DNA of 64,000 nucleotides from Burkholderiales bacterium. Lineage in GTDB: Bacteria > Pseudomonadota > Gammaproteobacteria > Burkholderiales > Burkholderiaceae_C. The notes beneath the pieces are model-generated. The model searched no databases and was not told the DNA's origin. It worked only from the letters and a program-made list of their open reading frames with translations. This document shows, piece by piece, positions 21,017 through 29,164 of the stretch; position 1 is the first letter of the stretch; each line of letters begins with the position of its first letter. The position numbers were made by a program, and so were the translations under genes. The stretch is taken from positions 140-64,139 of the forward strand of contig RXJV01000016.1 in the NCBI GenBank assembly GCA_003963075.1, written 5' to 3'.

Positions 21017-23248
21017 TCAGGCATGCGGGCGCCGGCTCTTGAAGAAGGCATTGATCGTGAGCCGTCCGGGGCCCTGGACGTAGGCGGCCGGTTCGGCCCA
21101 GCGGATGTCGCCCGAGTGGAAGATGCCGCCGTTGTAGAACACCGCACGGTTCCAGCGAGCCGCCACGCGGCCGATGACCTCGAAGTAGCGGTTGCTCTCG
21201 GTCATGTAGCCGGGCGGGATGCCGTATTTGTCGCCGAAGGCCGCCGCCCCCAGCGTGTTGGCGTCGCGCATGAACTGCTGCGTGTCCTCGTCGGACATCC
21301 GCGAGCGGAAGAACACGGTCCCGCCCAGCGCCGCGTCGCGGAACAGGTAGTGCACGGCAGCACACACCATGTCGCGCGGGTCGAGGCCGGAGTCGTCGCG
21401 ATGGCAGATGCGCTGGCGCGCGTCCAGCGCCCCGGCCGCCTGCGTGACGCGGGAGAAGCGGGCATAGCTGCCCTGCGGCAGGCCCGCACCGAGCCGGGCG
21501 CGGAAGTGCTGCTGGAAATGAGCCTCCAGCGCTGCGGTCATCGCGGGCGGCAGGTCGAGCTGCGGCCCCGGGTAGGGATGACCGGCCGGGGCCTCGAAGC
21601 GGCCGGCGGCGGACTGGGCCAGCGCGACCAGGGACTCGGGGTCTGCGACGAAATCATCGACCACGTGGACCTCGGAGCCGTCATCGAGCCGGACGGTCTC
21701 CACCCGGGCCGCCGGGTTGAAGCGCCAGGCGCCGGCCATCGCAGACACCGCCTCGGGCGGCGATGCCGGGCAGAACTGCTGGATGAATTGATGGTGCCGG
21801 GGCAGCTTCATCAGCGTGCGCGCGACGTCGCGGCGCATCTCGCCGAGGAAGTCGGCCAGGCTGCGGTCATCCATATTGCGCGTGATCGGATGGTGGGCTG
21901 ACGGCAGGATGCCCTGCCCCATCATGACCTGCACCCAGGAGTTCTCGGCAAACAGCTCGCCCTGTCGCAGCATGATGCGCGCCGTGTCACGGAAGTGCTG
22001 GATGCGGTGGGCCAGCAACGGCGGCACCTCCATGTCGCGGCAGCCGCGCCAGAACGCCGAATCGGCGCGTTGGGTGACGTGGTAGTGCAGGATGATGAAG
22101 TCGCGGATGACCTCGATCTGTTCGCGGGCCTGGGCGTTGTATTCGTCGACGTCGCTCTGGCGGATGCCGTCGGTCGGGAACAGCTCGATCAGCCGCGTGA
22201 GCCCGCGTTGGATCAGATGGATGCTGGTGGACTCCAGCGGCTCCAGGAAGCCGCTGGACAGGCCGATGGCGACGACGTTGTTCTTCCAGACCACCTCACG
22301 CTGACCCGGCGTGAACTTGATGACGCGTGGCGGGCGCAGCACCTCGCCCTGCACATTGGCCAGCAGCGCGGCCTTGGCCTCGTCGTCGCTGATGTGGCGG
22401 CTGCTGAACACGAGGCCGTTGCCGACGCGGTGCTGCAGCGGAATGCGCCACTGCCAGCCCCAGGGATGGGCGATCGAGCGGGTGTAGGGCACGGGCTCGC
22501 CGACGGAGGCCGTCTGCACGGCCAGCGCGCTGTCACAGGGCAACCAGTGCGACCAGCTCTCGTAGCCCACGCCCAGGGTCTCGCCAAGGAGCAGCGCACG
22601 CATGCCGGTGCAGTCGATGAAGAAGTCGCCCTCGACCCGTGCGCCGTTGTCGAGCGCGAGGCCGGTGATGTCGCCGCTGCCCTCGGCCTGGTGGACCTGG
22701 ACGATCTTGCCCTCCAGGCGCTGCACGCCGAGGGCCTCGGCGTAGCGCCGCAGATAGTGGCCGTAGAGCGTGGCATCGAAGTGGTAGGCGTAATTGATGC
22801 CGTTGTCGGGCAGCAGGGCGAAGCGGTTGTCCATCGCCGCGCGCAGCTCCAGGCAGTAGTCGCCGTAATCGCTGGCCACGCCCCGCCGCCGCGCCTCCAG
22901 CCAGAAGTGCTGGAAGCCGGCGGTCCAGTGGCCCTTGCCGGTCTTGCCGAAGGAGTGGAAATAGTGCTCGCCGACGTTGCGCCAGTTCTCGAAATGGATG
23001 CCGAGCTTGAAGGTGGCCTGCGTGGCCTGGATGAATTCCTTCTCTTCGAGGTCGAGGATCTCGTGCAGGAAATGCAGCGTCGGGATGGTGGCCTCGCCGA
23101 CGCCGACCGTGCCGATTTCCTCGGATTCGACGAGCCGGATCTCGCATTGCTTGCCCAGGCATTTGGACAGGCCGGCGGCGACCATCCAGCCGGCGGTGCC
23201 GCCACCGGCGATGACGATGCGACGGATGGGTTGGGAAGCAGCGGACAT
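21017..23248 (-). CDS. Flavin-dependent (tryptophan halogenase-family) halogenase fused to a C-terminal 2OG-Fe(II) oxygenase-like (DUF6445-like) domain
   Basis: IAGGGTAGW, ATFKLGIHF (catalytic Lys), WGWQWRIPL, GFLEPLESTSI; after residue ~503 a 240-aa domain with RICHRD, IFHSG and RLTINAF. Confidence 0.88.
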   Translation of the reverse strand: MSAASQPIRRIVIAGGGTAGWMVAAGLSKCLGKQCEIRLVESEEIGTVGVGEATIPTLHFLHEILDLEEKEFIQATQATFKLGIHFENWRNVGEHYFHSFGKTGKGHWTAGFQHFWLEARRRGVASDYGDYCLELRAAMDNRFALLPDNGINYAYHFDATLYGHYLRRYAEALGVQRLEGKIVQVHQAEGSGDITGLALDNGARVEGDFFIDCTGMRALLLGETLGVGYESWSHWLPCDSALAVQTASVGEPVPYTRSIAHPWGWQWRIPLQHRVGNGLVFSSRHISDDEAKAALLANVQGEVLRPPRVIKFTPGQREVVWKNNVVAIGLSSGFLEPLESTSIHLIQRGLTRLIELFPTDGIRQSDVDEYNAQAREQIEVIRDFIILHYHVTQRADSAFWRGCRDMEVPPLLAHRIQHFRDTARIMLRQGELFAENSWVQVMMGQGILPSAHHPITRNMDDRSLADFLGEMRRDVARTLMKLPRHHQFIQQFCPASPPEAVSAMAGAWRFNPAARVETVRLDDGSEVHVVDDFVADPESLVALAQSAAGRFEAPAGHPYPGPQLDLPPAMTAALEAHFQQHFRARLGAGLPQGSYARFSRVTQAAGALDARQRICHRDDSGLDPRDMVCAAVHYLFRDAALGGTVFFRSRMSDEDTQQFMRDANTLGAAAFGDKYGIPPGYMTESNRYFEVIGRVAARWNRAVFYNGGIFHSGDIRWAEPAAYVQGPGRLTINAFFKSRRPHA

Positions 23249-23258
23249 GGGCGATCGC

Positions 23259-24239
23259 CTATCGATTGAGTCGGTTCAGCAGCACCACGCGCAACTGGCG
23301 CGCGAGGCTCTCGTTCAGCGGCCCCAGCACACCGCGCGCCGCGGCCGGGATGTGGGCGGCGGTCTGGGCATCGGCCTGGAACACATAGTGGTCAAACAGG
23401 TTCGCCCAGGCCTGGCGCTGGGCGGGCGGCAGGTCGCGCAGCGTGAGCAGGGCCAGCATCAGCGTGTTCAGCGGCGTGTCCATGTAGGCCGGCGTCTGCC
23501 GCCACCAGAAGTTGACGAGCGCGTTGATCGGGTCCAGGCCCTCGACGCCATGCCACCACTGGCTGGGGATGAAGAGCGCATCGCCCGGCTCCAGCGTCAC
23601 CACCTGGGCCTGCGGCAGGGCCTCGGCAAAGCGCGGGAAGCGCGCCAGGTCGGGCGCGGCCAGGTCGACCAGGCTGATCGGCTGGCCCGCGGGCGTGAGG
23701 TCCAGCGGGCCGATGTAGAGCCGGTCGACCAGCTCGGGCGCGAACAGCGTGAAGCGGCGCCGGCCGGCCACGACGCAGGCGATGTTGTCGGGCACATCGA
23801 AGTGCGCCGGCACGCGGACGCGGTTGCCCAGCCACAGGCTGACCAGCGGGTCCCGGACCTGCAGGGCTAGCGGGTTGTCTTCACGCAGGCCAGGGAAGGA
23901 GCCGTCCAGTTCGGTCGACCCAAGGTAGAGGGCCTCGGGCGAGCCGGCGAGCAGCTCGTCCAGCAGCCGGCCGAAGGGGCCCACGACACGCTCGAAATTG
24001 AAACCGTCGAAGCGGTCGTTGTAGAAGAAGCGCCCGCCGATCTCCGGTGCACCGCGCCACAGGCCGACCCGGGTCTGGTCGCCAAAGCGGCGCAGGTAGT
24101 CGCAGAAGTCGGCATCCGAGCGGCGCGCCGCCTGCACCAGCGGCCAGTGGCTCACGAGACCCCGCAACAGCACCGGCTCGGTGGACTGCAGCAGCGCGGC
24201 CGGCAAGGCTTGAGCGCTCAGGTCGCTGCGCTCGATCAT
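23259..24239 (-). CDS. Cupin-like (JmjC/Cupin_8) 2OG-Fe(II) oxygenase
   Basis: WLGN..VPAHFD..NIACVVAGRRRFTLF, LEPGDALFIPSQWWHGV: HxD...H triad intact. Confidence 0.88.
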   Translation of the reverse strand: MIERSDLSAQALPAALLQSTEPVLLRGLVSHWPLVQAARRSDADFCDYLRRFGDQTRVGLWRGAPEIGGRFFYNDRFDGFNFERVVGPFGRLLDELLAGSPEALYLGSTELDGSFPGLREDNPLALQVRDPLVSLWLGNRVRVPAHFDVPDNIACVVAGRRRFTLFAPELVDRLYIGPLDLTPAGQPISLVDLAAPDLARFPRFAEALPQAQVVTLEPGDALFIPSQWWHGVEGLDPINALVNFWWRQTPAYMDTPLNTLMLALLTLRDLPPAQRQAWANLFDHYVFQADAQTAAHIPAAARGVLGPLNESLARQLRVVLLNRLNR

Positions 24240-24243
24240 GTCG

Positions 24244-24939
24244 TCAGGCCGTACGGGACAGGTGGCGGCGGATCAGCTTCGTGAGGTTGGACAGCGAGGC
24301 GATCGCCATGTAGATGGGCTGCAGATAGTCGGCCTGGTGCAGCAGGCCGATCGTGTCGGCGCTGAGCGCGGCCAGGCGCTCCTCGTTGATCATGTAGAAG
24401 CCTTCCAGCCGGCCGTGCGAGCCATCGGGCCGCTCAACGTCGAGCACAAAGGATTCGAGCAGCTCATGCGCCGTCAGGGCCTGGACGAACTCGGGCAGGG
24501 CCTGCAGACCTTCATGCAACGTGCGCAAAACCGAGTTCACCTGCTCCAGATGGTCCGTCAGGCCGCCCTGCGGCAGGAACAGCGCCTCACCCTCGGCACC
24601 TCGGCTGATGCGCGGGCTGTCCATGTCCACCATGATGCGCAACTCCTCCCCGGCAATGCCGATCGAGAAGGGCATGCGCTGCATGGACAGCGGCAGGTAC
24701 TCGGCCTCCCAGCCGTTGTCGCTCAGGAACAGGTTGTCGCCCTGCTCCAGGCCGAACAGGGCGACCGGCAGAAAACTGCCGCTGCCATCGGGCTGGAAGA
24801 GGATGGGGTAGTCGGCCTGCAGGCTGCGGAATTCGTCGGGCGTGACGGGGGCCGACATCACGTCGTCGCCCCAGGCGGCACCCCGCTCGGTGATGACGCG
24901 CAGGTCCTTGTGGGTGATGTTGTCGAGCAGTTGCAGCAT
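24244..24939 (-). CDS. SapC-family protein
   Basis: LLDNITHKDLRV, EFRSLQADYPILF, ALFGLEQGDNLFL, YLPL..RMPF, GFYMINEERL; start chosen at MLQLLDN. Confidence 0.8.
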   Translation of the reverse strand: MLQLLDNITHKDLRVITERGAAWGDDVMSAPVTPDEFRSLQADYPILFQPDGSGSFLPVALFGLEQGDNLFLSDNGWEAEYLPLSMQRMPFSIGIAGEELRIMVDMDSPRISRGAEGEALFLPQGGLTDHLEQVNSVLRTLHEGLQALPEFVQALTAHELLESFVLDVERPDGSHGRLEGFYMINEERLAALSADTIGLLHQADYLQPIYMAIASLSNLTKLIRRHLSRTA

Positions 24940-25094
24940 GGGAATGGTCAGGCGCTCGGGCGCCGATGGCGGCATGGCGATTGTGACGCCCGGGCACGCG
25001 ACAAATGCAGGCGCCGACAGGGGGCGGACCCCTGTCGGCCAGAAGCAACCGCCCAGCCACCAACACGAAGCTGACAACCGGGCCGGTGCTGCGC

Positions 25095-28000
25095 TCAGAA
25101 GCGGTAACGGGCACCAATCAGGTAGCGCCGGCCGGTCTGGATGGCCGAGACGAGCTGCTCCTTGGCACGACCATGCTGGCGGATATAGCCATCGTTCAGG
25201 TTCAGCAGGTCGGCCTGGATGGTCAGGTTCTTGCCCAGCTTGTAGCCGATCGACATGTCCACCTGACCGTAGGCCTCGGTGTAGACCGGGTTGTTGCCGG
25301 CACCGTCGGTCTTCTGCGCCAGGAACTCGCCGCGCCAGTTGTAGGCTGCACGCACCGACCAGGTGTCGTCTTCATAGAAACCCACCAGATTGGCTGAATC
25401 GCTGACGCCCGGCAACGCCGACTGTGTGGTCAGGTTGGTGTTGTCGTACTTCAGGCCCGTCTTGACCCAGGTGTAGTTGCCCGAGACGCCAAAGCCGCTG
25501 CTGCCGAACAGATGCTGGAAGTTCAGCTCCAGGCCCTTGATGTTGTCGCCGGCTTCATTGGACGGTTTGGTCACGAGGAAGCTCAACAGCGGATCGCTGG
25601 CCTGACCGCTGATGGTGCCCAGCACTTCGGCGTCGGTCAGCGGCCCGGTCGCCGTGACGCCTGGTTGGCCGTTGTAGTTGCGGAAGATGTAGTTGCGAAT
25701 GCACAGCGGCTGCGGGTTGGCGCCGCAGGCGGCCGCGCCGGCCTTCCAGTAGGCACCGCCGATCGGCGTCGTCAGTCCAGGCACGGTCAAGGTCGTGGTG
25801 GAAGTGCCGATGAAGTTGCTGACCTTCTTGTAGAACGCGCCCACCGCGGCATAGCTTGACTTGGCGTAGTACCACTCGGCCGACAGGTCCAGGTTCTTGG
25901 ACCGCAGCGGCTTGAGGGCCGGATCGCCAGTCGAGCCGGTGCCACCGCCGGCATTGGCCCCCGAGCTCAAATTCACGCCACCCAGCAGTGCATCCCATCC
26001 CGGCCGGCCAATGTTCTCGCCGTAGCTCGCGCGCACCTTCACATTGCTGGCGAGGTCGGCGTCCCAGTCGATGCTGGGCAGCCAGTAGTTGTACTTGCCA
26101 GACTTGCCGCCGAAGGTCGTCCCGGCGCTGCCGAGGTTGACCTCGTTCTGGGTGCCCCAGGTGCTGCCCGCGCGCGTCACCACTTGCGACGACGAGTCGA
26201 CCGTGGTGCTTTCGTACCGCAGCCCGACCGACAGGTTCATCGGGATGGCCGTGCCGAAGGCGTGGTCCCACTGGCCGAAGAAGCTCGTGGACTTTTCCGT
26301 CGTACGCCAGTCATTGCCCTTGGTGTAGTCCGGCGCCGCCGAGAAATAGGCCTCGGCCTGGGCCTGCGTCACCCCCCGGGACTTGATCAGCGACTGAATG
26401 GCCGCAGCACGCAGGCTGTTGAAGTCCGCGAGGTAAAAGTCCTTGAACAGCCGCGGGTCGTTGTGGCCCGGGATCTGGCCGAAGAATCCGCCCAGGCTCT
26501 CTGTGTAGAGCCTGACGTTGGCGTAATCGGCCCGTGCGCCCACACCACCCCAGTCATTGTTCTGGTTGTTGTAGCTGGCAGCGCGGTTCTTGACCTTGGT
26601 GAAGCCCAGCCCGGCCAGCAACTTGTTGTCGTCGTCGAGGCGGTAGGTGCCGCGGGCCTGGAACTGGTCAACCGTCTGGTCCGCCATGTTGTTGACGAAC
26701 TGCGAACCGGTCTGCTGAAGCTTGCTCGAGTCCAGCGTCGTCGTCGGCAGGCTCAGGATGGGCAGCTTCTGGTCGTAGTAGGCAACGGCATTGCCCTGGT
26801 TGAACAGGCCCAGGTCCATCGTCGAGTACGTGCCGAAGGGGCTGTTCGGCTTGGTGTTGGACGTCGAGTGGTGCGCGTCCAGCTCGATGGAGAGCACGTT
26901 GCTGACTTTCCACGCGGTGTTGAAGCCGGTGGAGCTCAGTTTGGACTTCTCGCCATAGATGCCAGCGTTGATCGCCAGGTCGTGGTCGTTGGTCGGGAAC
27001 AGGGCCGTCTGGATCAGCGGCGAGGCCACCGGTCCGCTCGTGAAGGTGGTCGGGCCGAACGAGAAGTTGAACCAGCTGGACAGCTCCGCGTTCTTCTTGT
27101 TGAGAGTGTTCGACGCGATCGTATGGTCCAGCGTGAAGCGCAGGTCCTTGCTCGGTGCGAACTGCAGCGTGAGCTGGCCGTTGAGCCGCTCGCGCTCGAT
27201 CGCCGTCAGTGAATAGCGCATGTCGACCGAGGTCGAGTACAGGCCGGTCGGGCGGTTCGTGATCGGGTCGGTACCGGCCGCGGGCTTGGCCGGGATCGTG
27301 CCCCAGTCGGTAGACGACGCCGTGAAGGTGCGCCAACCGCCTTGCGTGTAGGCATTGTTGGAACCCGACTCACGCTTGGAGTAGCTGCCGCTGATCGCAA
27401 TGCCGATGGTGCGGTCGGCGAAGGTCTCGCTGTAGATGCCCGAGATTTCCGGCGTCACTTGGCTGCCCTTGAAGGACGCGGGCAGTCGGTTGTTGGAGTC
27501 GTCAAAGTTGGCCTTGACGCCAATGCTCGCGACGCGATCGCGCAGGTCCAGCGGGCGGGCGGTTCGGACATTGATCGTCGCGCCGATGCCGCCCGTCGGC
27601 GACTCGGCGCGGCCGGTCTTGTAGACCTCCAGCGCCGAGATGGAATCGGACGACAGGTTGGAGAAGTCGAAGGCGCGCGATCCGCTGGCGCCACCGTTCA
27701 ACTGGCTGATCGTCGAGGTCGGCATCTGCCGGCCGTTCAACAACACCATGTTGAAGTCGGGGCCGACGCCGCGCACGGTGACCTTGGACCCCTCGCCACT
27801 GGCGGCACGATCGATGGACACGCCGGCGATGCGCTGCATCGACTCGGCCAGGTTGGTGTCCGGGAACTTGCCGATGTCCTCGGCCACGATGCCATCCACC
27901 AGGCCGCGCGACTCCCGCTTGAGGGTGACAGCGCTGTCAAGCGACTTGCGAATGCCCGTGATGACCACGGTCCCCAAGTTCTGCGGGGTGGTCGCGGCGT

Positions 28001-28133
28001 CCGCCTGCTGCGCCTGGGCCTGCGAGGCCGTCGCGCCGGTCAGCAGCGCGAGCGAGGCCGCAAAGGCCACCGGCTTGAGAGGCCGAGCCCGCCAGGACCC
28101 GCGCCGCTTCTTGGAAATCTGAGGGTGTTTCAT
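25095..28133 (-). CDS. TonB-dependent outer-membrane receptor (Xanthomonas/Caulobacter carbohydrate-associated type)
   Basis: Signal peptide, TonB box TVVITGIR, plug DIGKFPDTNLAESMQRIAGVSI, C-terminal GRRYLIGARYRF; GGAG RBS before ATG 28133. Confidence 0.95.
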   Translation of the reverse strand: MKHPQISKKRRGSWRARPLKPVAFAASLALLTGATASQAQAQQADAATTPQNLGTVVITGIRKSLDSAVTLKRESRGLVDGIVAEDIGKFPDTNLAESMQRIAGVSIDRAASGEGSKVTVRGVGPDFNMVLLNGRQMPTSTISQLNGGASGSRAFDFSNLSSDSISALEVYKTGRAESPTGGIGATINVRTARPLDLRDRVASIGVKANFDDSNNRLPASFKGSQVTPEISGIYSETFADRTIGIAISGSYSKRESGSNNAYTQGGWRTFTASSTDWGTIPAKPAAGTDPITNRPTGLYSTSVDMRYSLTAIERERLNGQLTLQFAPSKDLRFTLDHTIASNTLNKKNAELSSWFNFSFGPTTFTSGPVASPLIQTALFPTNDHDLAINAGIYGEKSKLSSTGFNTAWKVSNVLSIELDAHHSTSNTKPNSPFGTYSTMDLGLFNQGNAVAYYDQKLPILSLPTTTLDSSKLQQTGSQFVNNMADQTVDQFQARGTYRLDDDNKLLAGLGFTKVKNRAASYNNQNNDWGGVGARADYANVRLYTESLGGFFGQIPGHNDPRLFKDFYLADFNSLRAAAIQSLIKSRGVTQAQAEAYFSAAPDYTKGNDWRTTEKSTSFFGQWDHAFGTAIPMNLSVGLRYESTTVDSSSQVVTRAGSTWGTQNEVNLGSAGTTFGGKSGKYNYWLPSIDWDADLASNVKVRASYGENIGRPGWDALLGGVNLSSGANAGGGTGSTGDPALKPLRSKNLDLSAEWYYAKSSYAAVGAFYKKVSNFIGTSTTTLTVPGLTTPIGGAYWKAGAAACGANPQPLCIRNYIFRNYNGQPGVTATGPLTDAEVLGTISGQASDPLLSFLVTKPSNEAGDNIKGLELNFQHLFGSSGFGVSGNYTWVKTGLKYDNTNLTTQSALPGVSDSANLVGFYEDDTWSVRAAYNWRGEFLAQKTDGAGNNPVYTEAYGQVDMSIGYKLGKNLTIQADLLNLNDGYIRQHGRAKEQLVSAIQTGRRYLIGARYRF

Positions 28134-28208
28134 TTGTCTCCTTGATTGCTTTGGCGGCCCAACGGCTGAGCCGGTTGAGGACTCGCGGATGGCACACACA
28201 CTGAACAC

Positions 28209-28222
28209 TGGTAGCGATACCA
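28209..28222. promoter_or_regulatory. LacI-family operator-like palindrome upstream of the TBDR operon
   Basis: TGGTAGCGATACCA (near-palindrome with central CG); a second degenerate copy TGGTAGCGATCTCA at 28416-28429. Confidence 0.55.
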
Positions 28223-28231
28223 ACGCGCTCC

Positions 28232-28278
28232 AAAAAAAGAGGTGCCACCCCAAGCGCCTGCGGCAACTCTATTTTTTT
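28232..28278 (-). terminator. Terminator-like hairpin after the BaeSR-like pair
   Basis: Imperfect stem AGAGGTGCC/GGCAACTCT flanked by A7 and T7 tracts; long loop. Confidence 0.45.
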
Positions 28279-28471
28279 GCTGCCCCGCGTTCTGCTGGGG
28301 TTTACGCGAGTTGATCGGCTCGGTTTCGCGCGAATTGCCACATGCCATCGAGCTAGGGATGGGCAGAAATGACAACGCTGCCATTTTGTCGGCATACTCC
28401 GCCTCTTGTGCCGGCTGGTAGCGATCTCAAGCACCGCGCCACCGCCAGCTGCGCGGCCGCTTCAAGCTCGC

Positions 28472-29164
28472 TCAGGGAAGGTCCATCCGGTAGCCGACCC
28501 CGTAGACGGAGGCGATGCACTCCTGCGGCGGATCCAGAGCCGCCAGCTTGCGACGGATGTTCTTGATGTGGCTGTCGACCACGCGGTCCGACACATCGCG
28601 AAAGTCTTCATGGATCAGGTCCAGCAACTGCGCACGCTCGAACACCCGCCTCGGGTGCTGCAGCAGCTGGCGCAGCAGGCGGAACTCGACGGGGGTCAGC
28701 GCGAGGCCCTGGGCCTGCCACAGGATCCGCTGCCCGGCCTCGTCGATGGCGAAGCCGCCGGCCGCCGGCACCCATGACACCGGAGCCAGCCGCCCCTGGG
28801 CGCGGCGCAGCAGCGCCTTGACCCGCGCGACCAGCTCACGCGGGCTGAAGGGCTTGCAGACGTAGTCATCCGCGCCCAGCTCCAGCCCCAGCAACCGGTC
28901 CAGTTCCTCGACGCGGGCACTGCAGATGAGGATGGGAACATCACTGAAAGCGCGCACCGCGCGGCACAGTTCCAGCCCGTCGAGTCCGGGCAGCATCAGG
29001 TCCAGGATCAGCGCAGCGGGCATCGCGCCGCCCTGCAGCCGCTCCAGCGCCTGACGGCCATCGGCGAGCCACTCGCTGTCCAGGCCCGCAGCGCGCAGGT
29101 AGTCGCACAGCAATGCCGCCAGCTTGGGTTCGTCTTCGACGACCAGCACCCGTTCAGTCATCAC
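28472..29164 (-). CDS. BaeR-like OmpR-family response regulator
   Basis: VLVVEDEPKLA, LDLMLPGLDG, CKPFSPRELVARV, DRVVDSHIKNIRRKL. Confidence 0.92.
   Translation of the reverse strand: MMTERVLVVEDEPKLAALLCDYLRAAGLDSEWLADGRQALERLQGGAMPAALILDLMLPGLDGLELCRAVRAFSDVPILICSARVEELDRLLGLELGADDYVCKPFSPRELVARVKALLRRAQGRLAPVSWVPAAGGFAIDEAGQRILWQAQGLALTPVEFRLLRQLLQHPRRVFERAQLLDLIHEDFRDVSDRVVDSHIKNIRRKLAALDPPQECIASVYGVGYRMDLP

Noticed and set aside
28134-28470. Riboswitch or attenuator in the TBDR leader
   Set aside because: No cobalamin, TPP or other aptamer core; the hairpin is better explained as the terminator of the upstream TCS
21017-28470. RiPP precursor peptide for the halogenase locus
   Set aside because: No short ORF with RBS and leader/core pattern in the gaps
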